From: Schizosaccharomyces osmophilus
Lineage: Eukaryota
DNA: 64,000 nt
Reading direction: 5' to 3'
Assembly: GCF_027921745.1 (NCBI RefSeq)
Contig: NC_079239.1
Span: 1,488,001-1,552,000, forward strand
In this document: positions 11,305 through 23,760 of the stretch, in pieces
How the letters are laid out: every line of letters starts with the position of its first letter
How positions within the stretch are numbered: position 1 is the stretch's first letter
Position numbers and translations under genes: made by a program
Notes under the pieces: generated by a model
The model's database searches: none
What the model was told of the DNA's origin: nothing
The model's input: only the letters and a program-made list of their open reading frames with translations

Positions 11305-13779
11305 TTAAATGGTACGCTTATCCTTGAAGTCCGGAACATCAAAAGTCTCCGGAGGATCATCCTTGTACTTGAAGATATAATCCTTAATTTCATCCAACTT
11401 GTGGGAGTAATTGGCACTCAAGTTGTGGCAGTTTACTGAAACATATGGATTGTGAGTGGAATGCTGTAATGCCTTTCTAGCAACATCGTAACGAGAGGTG
11501 TTGTTGAGCATCATCATAGTGAAAGGAGTGGTGGTAGTACCTTCTTCACGGTAGCCGTCCAAAGTAACACGAGAGGGCTCAATGCGGTCGAAGAGCAAGC
11601 TCTTGATGTCCATAACATAGCCGTGGTAGTTGATATGAACATGACGGTTGTTGGTGAACAAGGAATCGAACTCTAGTTGAGTCATTCCATGAGGATGCAA
11701 ACTAGAAAGTACCATAAGATCGGTCACGTTAACAACACGCACACGTAGGCTAGGAATATCATTTGCCAACATCTCAGCTGCCTTAACAACCTCAAACATA
11801 ATTTCGTTACCAATACCGACCAAAACAACATCAGGATTTATGCCGTTATCGGTGCTACAGAATTTCCAAACACTAGCACCAGCCGTGCAGTGAGCTTCAG
11901 CCTCTTCAATAGAAAGATAGCTTGGTTGAGGATTCTTACTGGAAACCATCAGGTTGATAGTATTCTCAGAACGCATGCATCTAGCTAATGTAGACAAGAA
12001 GCAGTTAGCATCAGCTGGGAAGTATACACGGCTAATACCAGGCTTGAAAGAGAGCATCGTAGTAATAAATCTAGGAGACTGGTGGGAGTATCCGTTGTGT
12101 TCTTGACGTGCCCAAGTACTGGAAGTGACATAGTTCAAACTTCCAAACTTCCCATGCCAAGGTAATTCGAGACCCATCTTGATGAATTTGCTGTATTGAA
12201 TCAACATACTAACGACAATCGTCATGAAAGCCTCGTACGAAGGGAAAATCGCGGTACGACCAGTAAGGGTGTAACCTTGCATGAGACCTTGGCAAATGTG
12301 CTCGGAAAGGATTTCTGTAACACGGCCACCTTTTGCCATTAATGTTGGATCAGTTTGCATAGTACGATCGGTATATTTTAAAACAGCATCAAGTTTATTA
12401 CTCTCTAGTTCATCCGGAGAAAAGACACGTAAAGTCTGATTATTTTCGCGGAGAAGTTCGCCTAAGTAGTTACCCACAACATAAGTAGCAGATGTCTTTT
12501 CACCCTTGGCAACACCAAACTTTTTCCAGTCGGTTACAGTCAAAGGATGATAAGAATTATACGTCTCAATGCGTTGACCCATGCGCTTATTGACCTGAGG
12601 AATGTTTTCACGAATTCCCTTTGTTGGAAGGCCTTCTTCGTCCAAGAAGTCATCAAAGCGGTAGCTCGAAAGCCATTCTTTAAGCATCTTACGCTGAGTA
12701 GGATCATTACGAGCAAGCTTTAGTGGAACTTGGTGAGCATGATAGGTTCCTTCCAAAAATCCGCCGTTTAAGGTCTTAGGGCAACCTTTGCCCTTAGGCG
12801 AACGAAGGATGATCATGGGCCATCTGGGCTTAATAAGTTCACGCTTTACACGCGCGCGGTGTTGAATATCCTTAATGGTTTCAACAGCCCAATCCATGGC
12901 GGCAGCCATTTCGCGGTTGTACTCGTCAGTGTAGTTGACAATAGCAACCTGATAACCAAAGCCACTGAAAAGTGCCAATAATTCCAAATCATCCATGCAA
13001 CCATAGATAGTACGCTCGGAAATCTTGTAACCGTTCAAACTCAAAATGGGGATGACAGCACCAGATTCGGCAGGGTCCAAGAATTTGTGAGTTTGCCATG
13101 AACCTGCCAAAGGACCACTTTCAGCTTCACCGTCACCTATAACGCAGGTTACGATTAATTCGGGCTTATCTTGAACAGCACCATAACTGACGGACAAAGA
13201 ATAACCCAATTCACCACCTTCGTGAATGGAACCAGGGCATTCAGCATTTACGTGTGAAGGAAAGCCACCAGGTAATGAGAAGGTGCTAATCAAATTCTTG
13301 AGACCTTGACGGGTGAATTGGTATTGGGGATAAAAGGGGCCAAGCGAGTCTTCCAAAAACAAAGCACCCAAAACGGCAGGTGCACCGTGGCCAGGACCGA
13401 CGACAAAGATCATGTCCAAGTCATACTTGTTAATAATACGATTGCAGTGGGAGTACGCAATACTCAAGCCAGGGCAAGTACCCCAGTGACCTAAGAGTCG
13501 GGTTTTCACGTCATCCTCGTTGAGTTCACCACCAGTGTAAATGTCCTTGGCTAGGAAAATCAAAGAGCAAGCCAGGTAGTCGCAAGCTCGTTGAAAGCGA
13601 TCGACAGCAGCAACTTCTTCGTCCGAAACTTTAGAAGAGTCGAGGGGAACATAAAGACTAGATACTTCTTGAGGAAGACGAGAAGGCATGCTAGGGGGGA
13701 AAGATTGCTTTTCAGCAATTTCAACTTGCTTTGCCAAAGCTTCAGGAGAAGAATTGGGGATATCGCTAGTACCGCTCAT
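11305..13779 (-). CDS. Xylulose-5-phosphate/fructose-6-phosphate phosphoketolase (XFP family)
   Basis: LLGHWGT, GPGHG, IHEGGELGY, TPP motif GDGE..N-GYKI, FSPDE, EILSEH, QEHNGYSHQ, EEGTTTTPF. Confidence 0.95.
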   Translation of the reverse strand: MSGTSDIPNSSPEALAKQVEIAEKQSFPPSMPSRLPQEVSSLYVPLDSSKVSDEEVAAVDRFQRACDYLACSLIFLAKDIYTGGELNEDDVKTRLLGHWGTCPGLSIAYSHCNRIINKYDLDMIFVVGPGHGAPAVLGALFLEDSLGPFYPQYQFTRQGLKNLISTFSLPGGFPSHVNAECPGSIHEGGELGYSLSVSYGAVQDKPELIVTCVIGDGEAESGPLAGSWQTHKFLDPAESGAVIPILSLNGYKISERTIYGCMDDLELLALFSGFGYQVAIVNYTDEYNREMAAAMDWAVETIKDIQHRARVKRELIKPRWPMIILRSPKGKGCPKTLNGGFLEGTYHAHQVPLKLARNDPTQRKMLKEWLSSYRFDDFLDEEGLPTKGIRENIPQVNKRMGQRIETYNSYHPLTVTDWKKFGVAKGEKTSATYVVGNYLGELLRENNQTLRVFSPDELESNKLDAVLKYTDRTMQTDPTLMAKGGRVTEILSEHICQGLMQGYTLTGRTAIFPSYEAFMTIVVSMLIQYSKFIKMGLELPWHGKFGSLNYVTSSTWARQEHNGYSHQSPRFITTMLSFKPGISRVYFPADANCFLSTLARCMRSENTINLMVSSKNPQPSYLSIEEAEAHCTAGASVWKFCSTDNGINPDVVLVGIGNEIMFEVVKAAEMLANDIPSLRVRVVNVTDLMVLSSLHPHGMTQLEFDSLFTNNRHVHINYHGYVMDIKSLLFDRIEPSRVTLDGYREEGTTTTPFTMMMLNNTSRYDVARKALQHSTHNPYVSVNCHNLSANYSHKLDEIKDYIFKYKDDPPETFDVPDFKDKRTI

Positions 13780-15483
13780 GATGGAAAAATAAAAAAATAA
13801 AATCTAATCCAAGAAAATCGTAAAAAAGAGTATCAAACAACAAATCAAATAATGAATTGTTGTAATAGGTCTATAAATATCGTAACAAACAAATCGTTAA
13901 GTGAAGAATTATACAATCGCTCACAATACCTTGCTATCCGCGATTGAATTGAAATAGAAAAAGACAACAAGAAAAGACAAGTACAAGAACCGTGTAAACG
14001 CTTGCGAAAATAAATAAATAAATATGGGAATCAGATAAAACCCCTTGTTTACCAAACGTTTCAAGGTTGTAGGTTAATAAAACCAAAACAATAAAAAATA
14101 AAAAATACTAATAAGGTCTAGCCAATGAATAAATCAGCTTCAATGAAAGAATGCAAATTTGGATGCAATTTCTCTTATTGTAACAACCATGGCTGGGAAA
14201 TGGGCCTATTTATAAGTTGACAATCGGACGAACAAAAATACTCGATGTTTCTCATCAGTATACTTCACACCAACATCATCACGTGTTGACTGACTCTGTT
14301 TTTCTTCATAGCTTTGCTACGTATACTACTTACGTAGATCAAACTTGACTTTTCCTTTCCATGATATAAGAAAAGAAACCGATCGCAGAGTAAGAAAATC
14401 GTTCGTAGCTCTTGATGTGTTCAACGTGACGTAAACTATGTTTTACTTCAATGAGGAACCCCCAGAAACATTCACTTTATGGTAAATAAGCAAAAATAAA
14501 CAAGCACAGAGTTTGAAAAGAAGTTCTGTGAATTTCTCATTGAAGTAAATCATCTAACTGATTAGAAATCGTGTCCATCCACTGAAAACTGGAGAATCCA
14601 TGCTTCGTAACATCGATTCGGTCCCCAAAACCCACCGCTTCTATTATTCATCGACTTTTCCATAGCTAGTTTAGCATATACGAATGAAACAATATGGTAA
14701 ACAAGACGTATCCAAGGAAAATATCAACTTTTACGCGTCGGTCCTCTTTCGCAAGCGGTTTTTCGCCCAACAGCCTATTTTGATCACTAAAGAAATATTC
14801 AATTCATTTTATAAAAAGATTGAGTTTATTTATCCATTATTCATCGTTTTCTCTGCATTGTTTGCAATTGTAGAAAAGGAGAGAACAGTTTAGAAAGTCG
14901 CGTACCGGTTTTGTTAGTTACCATAGCACTGCACATCGGTAAGCAGATTTCGCGATTGCTTTGTTGTGCGTAGAAGATTGCAAAGTTTGTTTTACGCATT
15001 ATAGGGTATCATAGCAATGGGATACTTGAAATTGAAAAAGAAGATTCAGTAGAAAAGAAAGATGCTAAGAATCATTCTGTATATAAATAGACAAGCAAGA
15101 GACATAAAATAAGATAATTCATGGGATTTCATTCGTAGAGGTTTTTGATCCTTTCTTCAGTAACCGGAGCACATTCTTAGTTTTATGAACGATTTCAGTT
15201 TCAACAGAGAATATCTATTCATATTAGTAGTTGTTTAGCATATCACTTCTCAATATTGTCTTGAAGCATAAATATGCTTAATACTTTAATTTCATATGCT
15301 TATAAGCATACCTACACCACAAATGGAGAGGGTACATCAAGAATCCAGCTTCCAATTTCCTTTTTCCTTATAGCAAAAATCTTACATTTCTTTTTTTTCT
15401 TTTCTTATTTGCGTTGATTGCATATTTTTCATTGGTTTTTGGTTTTAAATTTTGCTTTTCTACCATACTTTTCGCTTTTCCTC

Positions 15484-15756
15484 ATGTCCGGTAATACATC
15501 TTCATTCAAGCGCAGCGCCAGAGAAAAATGTTGGGAAGCAAGAGACTCTTACTTTGAATGTCTAAATAAAAACGATATTTTGGATCCTTTGAAAGATAAC
15601 GAACGGGCATCTCAGGTATGCAGCTCTGAAAAAATCAATTTTGAGTCAAATTGCATCCAATCTTGGGTCAATTATTTTTGCAAGTTTCGTGTTCAACAAC
15701 ACAAGCAACAAGAAGCCATTCGAAATCTTGAGGAAAGTGGTGCTCGTCGTTTATAA
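15484..15756 (+). CDS. coa6: Cytochrome c oxidase assembly factor Coa6
   Basis: ATG at 15484. [12 protein letters not shown] (CX9C), CX10C and SWVNYF. Confidence 0.88.
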   Translation: MSGNTSSFKRSAREKCWEARDSYFECLNKNDILDPLKDNERASQVCSSEKINFESNCIQSWVNYFCKFRVQQHKQQEAIRNLEESGARRL

Positions 15757-16075
15757 TGAAAAGTAATCGTCCATCCTTCCTTTCATTTCCATTAATAAAT
15801 CAAAATTCTGCTTGATAGATGACCTAATATTCCGTTTCAGGAACGCTTTGCTACATACTATCTCCTTTACTTTTTTTTTAATGATGCTTCATAAAATTAC
15901 CCCTTCTCTATACGCAGTTAAGAATAATATAAACTCGATTGTTACATGAATCTAAACTTTGAATCGTCAAAAGAAAGAAAAATAATTCCTTACATATAAT
16001 AAATAGCAGCAACGTCCGCAACCCCTCTCATGGACGGAAAGAAAGCGGACACAGAAACGAAAAGAAAAAAGTAAC

Positions 16076-17463
16076 TTACACAGGAACTACTGTGAGTTTA
16101 TTTGCTTCCTCACGTAGCCATGGGATTAGCAAGATTTGATTCAGCACCTCGACGGTGTTGACATCCACGCAATTGAGACCTTGACTATGGGATATCAATA
16201 AATTGTGGACGGCGCGAATAATATGTTTAGTTTTGTAGTGAGGAGGGAGTCGAACTTGTGTGTTTTGTAATAAAGGCAACAGTACCTGTAAGTAAGCATA
16301 TCTCAGCTTAGCTAGTTCATTAGGGATATCATTTATTTCCCGAATTAATATATCAATTAGCACGTTAAGGTCATTAGTGTAAAAAACTTCATATGTTTTC
16401 GGAGTAGTAAATAAGAGGTACAGTTGCTTTAAGATCAGCATTCTAGTTCGCGGATCTCCTGTTCTTGATTAGTTTTCTGTTCTTCATGTAAACACCCATT
16501 GATTCATCATTACAAGTCCTCTTGGTATCAAAAGCTCATGGTACGTACGTTCTCTATTAAGGATAAAAACAAGTCCTTCATAGTAAACTCCTGTGTCTAC
16601 TTTAGACTCTAATAACAAATCCATGACCCCATTCTGGATTTCAATAACTCCGGTAGAAGCCAGTTTGACGAGCATGAACTGTTCGTTCAAGCTCAAGAGT
16701 AAAAGCATACACATAGAAAAATTATCAACATCTTCTTCTGACCAAGCGAATTCAGCTGTAGCAAGCAGGCCTTTTAAAAATGTTTCATCCGCCGTCACCA
16801 AATCAGTAAGAGGAAGTCGTTGAGAACGACACATATGATACATCAAACATAAACCATAACGAAAGGAAATATAGATCCCTTTTTCTGAGGGATTCCTAAA
16901 ACGAACGATTGCATGCACAAGAGAACCAAAAAAACCACTTGCGATTAGCAGCTTCACACACCCGTCATCCAACCGAATATCTAAAAGAAAGAATACCACA
17001 ATGAATTTTATAATATGAATGTCTTCCATGAAGAAGAAGCAATCCAACAAAATCGTCCGCAGCGTGGTCTTGTCCAACTTGAATAGCGGACTACGAATCA
17101 GCTTCTCAGCTATCGTTTGTAATTGCGTTTCTGTGTTTAAATACGGTTCTATTTTGGTTAACACTTCATTCAAACCGCTCCCTTTTGGCAAGTCTTATGT
17201 TCAAAACCTACTTCCATATTTTATAAAGAAAGAGAGAAGCCTAGAGGTAGCGGTTTCTACCTCTAATGCATTTGTAACGTTGGAAACAAGCTCATCAACC
17301 TCTAATCCTCTTGCATTAGCTTTCAGTTCCACAGAACTTTGTCTCATAAACCAGTTCCTCGAAATTCCTTTGTAAACGATACACATAAGTTCCAAATCAA
17401 ACACTTACCAACCGAAAAATGTTCTTCGTTTTCTAATGAATAATAAACATCTGTAAACTCCAT
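16076..17463 (-). CDS. dip1: WISH/DIP/SPIN90 Arp2/3 activator; exons 17463-17409, 17301-17212, 17148-16549, 16458-16076
   Basis: Three GT-AG introns keep the frame. LSLNEQFM, LNRE and FYTNDLNVLIDILIRE motifs. Confidence 0.9.
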
Positions 17464-17804
17464 TTACAAGTTTAGGCCAGAAACGCTTAAGACAGCTTAC
17501 CCGACTGCAAACACTTGTGCTACATTTGCTATTATGCAATTTCAAAAATAAGCGTTTTTCTAACGAGATTTAACTTTTCGTTAAGATAACGTTATTTTTT
17601 CTCTAATAATTTCCCTATTTCTAACTCACAAATAGAAGAATCGTACCCATCTTCGCTTTACTAAATTCTTCATTCCATAGTCTTCGCCGCGTTCTCTCTT
17701 TGTATTTTTATTTTTCTATTGTTTCTTAATTGTCTTTAATAATTTTTCGAGACTGTTTAAACGCCAGCTATACCTGGATTTAAGAAACCAAAGACTTCTC
17801 TACA

Positions 17805-18412
17805 ATGCCACGTATAAGAACATCACGGACGAAACGGTAAGGCTAAAAAAAAAATTTAGAAAGTCTTCAGAGAGAAAACGACGCTAATTTTTGTCTTATA
17901 CAGTCCTCCAGAAGGATTTGAAGAAATCGAACCAACGCTTTTAGAATTCCAAGAGAGGATGAGACAAGTTGAAAATACAACCGGAAAAGGCTCAAAATCT
18001 GAGTCTCTGGCTCCTATTTTTCAACTTCATCATCAGCGCAGCCGTTATGTCTACGATCTTTATTACAAACGAGAGGCCATTTCTTCGGAGCTTTACAACT
18101 GGTTACTAAAACAGAATTATGCTGACGCAAATTTAATTGCCAAATGGAAAAAGGTACGGCTCTAATAAGTTGGATTTTTTTTACTGACTGGTTTAGCCTG
18201 GCTATGAAAAGCTTTGTTGTCTTCGTTGCATTCAAACTGCAGAATCGAAATTTGGCGCTACTTGTATATGTCGAGTTCCCAAAGCGAAACTCGGTAAAGA
18301 TGCTCCTAGTACTTGCGTACATTGTGGTATGTCTTTTCACAGGAACCTATATCAGATCACTCTGTTACTAATACACTTCTTAGGTTGTCGAGGTTGTGCT
18401 AGTGGGGATTAA
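17805..18412 (+). CDS. cwf14: G10/Bud31 splicing factor; exons 17805-17836, 17904-18153, 18197-18326, 18384-18412
   Basis: Spliced product reads [53 protein letters not shown]. Confidence 0.95.
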
Positions 18413-18572
18413 ACGTGTTGCAAAACGCCTAAAAAATGATAACGTAGTCATCTCATTCTCATGTTCATAAAATTACCATTCAAAATGCTAAATAGTGTCG
18501 AATAAGAACGTCAGTGTATATATAGAAATTCTACCCACCGAAGGTTTTGTAGAAGAAAGTACTTTAATCATT

Positions 18573-21500
18573 TCAGATGTTCTTCTTGGATTGCAACCAT
18601 GTGTTTGCCTCAATATCTGAAGCATGACTCTTTAATACTTGCTGGAACTTTTGGAGCATTTCCTCTTTCGGCATATCCTTTCCCACCTGATTTTGCCATT
18701 CTAACATAAGTTTTCGAATTATGGTGATACCTTCTTTCTTCGCCCGTCCTTCAGCATCTTCCACTGGTGGATCCTCATCTTCGGCCTCCAATTCAATGGC
18801 TTTTGCTTGGGCCATTTCTATGATTTTGGCTGGGAAATGCGCCATTTCTGCTACATGAATACCAAAGCTTCTATCACTTGCTCCTTCGCAAACATTATAT
18901 AGCAGTGCAACGTCACGAGCATTGGTATCTCCTATGTGGGCTGTCACATGCAAGTTTTTAACAGTTGGAATTTCTTCCGACATCCGAGTCATTTCATGAT
19001 AATGCGTAGCAAAAAGACAAAAGCAATTAATTTTTCTAACAATGTGCTCCGTAATTGCCCATGCCAAACCGAAACCGTCCGTGGTACTAGTACCCCTTCC
19101 TAATTCATCAATTATAATGAGAGAACGCTTAGTTGCAGACCTTAAAATCGTAGCAGTCTCTAGCATTTCTGCCATAAAAGTGGAAACACCTTTCAATTGA
19201 GAGTCACCGGCTCCAACACGGGCGAGAATACTATCTACAACATCAATAGTAGCTGAATTGCAAGGAACGAAACATCCAATTTGAGCCATAACTGTAATGA
19301 CGCCAGCTTGTCGAATGAAAGTGGACTTTCCTCCCATGTTTGGTCCAGTGATTATGAGCATCTCAGATTCCTTCCGTTTAAGAAAAATATCGTTAGGAAT
19401 AAAGTTAACATCATCCTGTGCTTCTAAACAAGGATGTCTCGCTTGTTTCAATTCAACGCAAGCACAATGAGAAGACCGTAAGTGGGAACGCAATTCATTG
19501 ATATCTGGATTTTCTTCCAAAGCTACGATATCAATTGTCTTTTCTTGATCACCGGCCGTTGTATCTATTTCCATCCTTGAATCCAGTATCGTTGGACACA
19601 CATATGCGGTAACCGCAAGTGTGCTAGCAAGAGAAAAACTTGTTATAACATCCAAGTGTGATAAAATTTGGCCAACCGCTTCTAAGGGAGAACTATAGGT
19701 TGCAGCAATCTTGATGACTTCTCGAGCTAGTCCATTCTGGTGATATCTATAACTTTTTTGATAATCCATATATGTACTATTGAGATTGTGCAGACGCTTC
19801 GTAGTAAAGTAGACACCATTCTTCTGAGTTGATAATTCCGAATAACGGGAATTACGTCCGCGTAAGCAGCCAGCTTCTGCTCTCGTAAGACGCAAACACC
19901 ATCCATACAAATGATGTTGCTCAAGATGTAATTTCTTTTCAGTATCCTGCTGAAGGTCAACGCCTGCCTGCTTGTGTTCGTCAAAAATTGAGCTTTGAAG
20001 CTCTTCAAGCCTTTGTCGTAACTCCAATAATTCTTCGTCAAATTCGGCACGAATAATATATCTATGAGCATCAAGTGCATCTAAATCAATGGTAGTCTCC
20101 ACCAGCTCAATAAGTTTTGTTAGATTTTTACAATGGGCGGACAGTGGAGTCGTGTAGACTTGGTCGACTAACTCTTTATGCTCACTTTTCAAGGAGTCTA
20201 AAGCAGTTACAATATTTGGAAGAGCTTTCGCCATTTGATAAATTCGAACAACATCTTCCAAACTTGAAGAACCTCGAATAAGACGTCGGCAAAGTCGAGG
20301 CACATCGGGGATGGAACGAAGGAGGTGGTCATCGTCTAACAAGAGCTGTCGAACTTCTGGATCTTCAATAAAAGCAGAAACCAAATTGTGTCTCCTTCTA
20401 ATAGCCTTTGGGTCTAAAAGAGGCTGAACGATCCATCGCCTAAGTTGTCTCGAGCCCATTGGAGTCCTACAATGGTTCAACAAACCATACAAGCTCATTG
20501 TACGATGCGCGTTTCCATTGGCTGGGGGCAACAAATTCAATGCACGTACTGCAGCTACATCCAGGCGCATATACTGCTCCAGATTGTGCTCATATAGATG
20601 AAACTTTCGTGCAAGATCCTTTTGTACTTCAACGTCATCCGAAGGAATTGGATCAACCAAGCTTGGTCCCAAATATCGTAATACAGCGTTACACGAGCTC
20701 ATGGCGAGCTGAAGACTTAACTCTGGTAAACGTGCATGGGTGACTGGGACGTCCAACACCTTTGCAAGCTCCAATTCAACGTCTTTTGGAGAAAAATACG
20801 AGTTTCGTATACCAGTAACCAACGCACCACAACCTTCTATTATGTTTCTAAGGCGATTTAATTCAGCTCTGGTAATCGACGTCCCGGTTGCAGCATTTTC
20901 CCCGTCTTGTTGAGAGATAAGACATTCCTTTGCACCAGTTTGGACAAGAAGCGCTTCGAAATTTGTGTACGAATCCGAATCAACGAACTCGGAGACACCT
21001 ATTTTCCTTGTGAACGGGTCTATAAACGCTACACCGACAACACGTTGATCCTGTTTCACACGGGTAGTAACTGCTAGTAATATAGAACCACCCGAATTAT
21101 CAACGTTAACAGTAGGATCTTTTGTCGCATCACTGTTCATCATTAAATCCTCAATCATCTGCATATTACCAGGACTTGCTTGATTTAGCAATTCAAACCC
21201 GGTTTTGCTTTTGTTGGAGCCCCAAATTTCCACTCGTTTTGCATAGTTTGATAATACCTCTTCAGCAAATTTTATGAACAAAGAAGGAAACATAGTACAG
21301 AAAGAGAGATTAGACTGATTATGGTATTTAAGGACTGAAGTTGTATGGTAGGCATTTTCGGCGACAAAAGAAGCGTCTTCTCCAATGGCTACATATGTTT
21401 CCTAGATACCTAGTTAATACATGCTCAGCACACTTCGTGCAGCAAAAGAAAATCAACACAAGCTGCTTCAAGCTACAATAGCATAGTTCTTCATATTCCG

Positions 21501-21748
21501 TCAGAAATTTTGAAAAAGCAGAAATCGAACTTGATTCTCACTTCTTTTTCCTTTTTGTAATGTTAAAATACTTACTCCACGATCAAAGACGCGTAATGTA
21601 TTTGAGTCTTTGGGCATCTTCTCGTAAAATGAAAACATACGAGCCTCATCGGTTCTTTCTGAATAAAGATATTAGTCATGCACAATTCTTGTATAAAAAA
21701 TAAAAACGTACCGTTCATAGACGAGCTGCTCGAACTTTTGGAGGCCAT
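18573..21748 (-). CDS. msh2: MutS homologue Msh2; exons 21748-21712, 21658-21576, 21401-18573
   Basis: [17 protein letters not shown]-loop, STFMAEM, DELGRGT, ATHYHE, SFGIHVA. Confidence 0.96.
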
Positions 21749-22423
21749 CTTGAAAAATTGAATTACACAGACGAGTTGGTATTTTTCTTAACACGATAGT
21801 TTAATCTGTAAATCGTATTTAACGTTCTAATTAAAGAAAATAATTTAGAAGGGAACTGAAATGAAATGAAGTTTTGTACTGCCAATCCAGCTGGCGAGTT
21901 TGGTAAAGACAGACTAAAATTACCTTTCACCGAAGCAACTTTGTCTTCCAAGCTTGCTACTTGACCCTTCACTCAATAGCTTCTTAATTTGCTTTTTCTT
22001 ATTCTTTTCGTTCTTCTTAATCTTGTTTTAAATTGGAATCAAATATGAACATACGTATGTAGAGTTACCGGTACCTTCGTAAGGATCTATTTGTATTTTA
22101 GAATCGTTTGCATGATGCGTTTACAGCATTTTGTTTATTCAAGCACTCATTTATTGACTTTGAATCTATCTAGCGGCATTCATTAGGTTATTCTCAAATT
22201 GATTTAACATTCGGTTAATGTTTTACGATTGATAAATACGCTTCGACAATACACCGACTCATAAGTGGTTGACATCCAGTTATTACTTTCCTTCTTTCAC
22301 AAAAGCTTTACAAAGGTGTTGAAACCTATTCAAGTCTGCTTTTTAGGCCATAACTAAAAATTCCAACGATTGACGATCATAAAAACTTTCTTTTCTGTGT
22401 CGGTTAAATCTGTACATAAAACT

Positions 22424-23206
22424 ATGAATTTGTTTGAAACTAGTTTGTACTCGAACGGAGAAATCTTTCTACTTTATGAGCATCTTAATCGCATGAAACA
22501 TTCTGCTTCTATTTTGAGGTACCATTGGCCGGGCGAAGAAGTAGTGAAACAAAAACTCTTGCATGCTACTGAACCCCTTGACCAAGCAAGGGTACGTTGA
22601 GACCGGTTTAAAGTTCGTGTACTCAAAACTTACTAATTACTTATTAGCTACGATGGGAACTCTCAAAAGATGGTGAGATTCAAGTCAAGGCCGTTCCCGT
22701 TCATGTAACCAACGAGCAACATTTGTATACTGTGTTTTTGGACACCCAGCCATCTGATACTCAGGACAATGTTACATGTGTCAATAAAACCACGTCAAGA
22801 GATATCTACTCGCATGCAGTACAACGAACAGGTATCGAATACGCCAAACACCAAGATGCTTTGCTTTACAACACAGGGGGATTTGTGACAGAAGGCACCA
22901 TCTTCAACATTGCATTTCACCGAGACAACCAGTGGATTACACCGAATCTCCAACATGGTACGTAGATTCTTCTGCACCTTCATTGAAAACTTTCCTCTCC
23001 CAAGGAATTGGCAATGATTTACTAACGAGCTTTATTGTATAGGTTTACTACCCGGCACAATGAGGCAACATCTTTTATCTACCGGCTACATTGCTGAAGA
23101 TAAGCAAAATAAGCTACACAAAGAAAATTTAAAAAACGGTGAGCAGATTCTTTTATTCAACTCATTTCGTAAAATATGCAAAGGAGTCTTAGTAACAAAG
23201 CCCTAA
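22424..23206 (+). CDS. abz2: 4-amino-4-deoxychorismate lyase (aminotransferase class IV); exons 22424-22591, 22648-22957, 23043-23206
   Basis: LFET, HLNRM..SA, NKTT.R..Y, TEGTIFN, GLLPGTMR, FNS.R. Two canonical introns. Confidence 0.9.
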
Positions 23207-23221
23207 GCTTTAGTTATCTGC

Positions 23222-23589
23222 TTAAGCAGAAGAAGGGTTCATCTGAACATGTTAATATATAAGTTCTTCGTTTTCTAAACAGAATCCCATCAAAGCCATT
23301 ATCAGTGAATATATTCTTCTGACATGAAACCAACTGGCTTCTAATGGTACATTCTTATCTCAACTTACTCTTCTCTTGCCACCAACCATGTTGGTAACAT
23401 TAACGAAGCGGCGAACGTAAACAAGACGCTTGTGAGCACGACCCTTGGGTTGCTTGGGCTTTTCTTGCTTCTCAACCTTCGGACATTGAGATTTTACCTA
23501 AAAGAGGTATTAGTCAATCGTTTTTACAGCAAATCGGGTGCAATGCTTACCTTTCCTGCACGAGCGAGCGATCCGTGAACTTTTCCCAT
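23222..23589 (-). CDS. rps30: 40S ribosomal protein S30 (eS30); exons 23589-23551, 23497-23369, 23242-23222; not in the ORF track
   Basis: Spliced product is [62 protein letters not shown]. Confidence 0.97.
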
Positions 23590-23654
23590 GTTGTTGGTAG
23601 TGGCTGCATAATCCCTTCTACCGCACATTACCTTTCTCGAGCTACCCAAAAAAA

Positions 23655-23662
23655 CAGTCACA
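23655..23662. promoter_or_regulatory. HomolD box of the rps30 promoter
   Basis: Exact CAGTCACA 66 bp upstream of the rps30 ATG; the known fission-yeast ribosomal-protein core element. Confidence 0.85.
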
Positions 23663-23693
23663 TTTTTAATCGTTACTTTTTACCAGGTAACAT

Positions 23694-23737
23694 TGTTTGT
23701 TTACAGCTGTAGTCTTTTGTTTACATATCTTGTTTAC
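23694..23737 (-). promoter_or_regulatory. Three forkhead/FLEX sites (GTAAACAA; one full GTAAACAAACA)
   Basis: TGTTTGTTTAC at 23694-23704, TTGTTTAC at 23717-23724 and at 23730-23737, just upstream of the SprT/HMG gene. Confidence 0.75.
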
Positions 23738-23760
23738 CATTATCCAAAGTTTTCGGTGAA

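Noticed and set aside
21402..21575. 174-nt msh2 intron with ATGAAGA and several CTGA (C/D snoRNA-like)
   Set aside because: Imperfect C box, no convincing terminal stem, last CTGA abuts the branch site, and no rRNA or snRNA complement recognised.
23243..23368. 126-nt rps30 intron as a snoRNA host
   Set aside because: No ordered C/D or H/ACA boxes visible.
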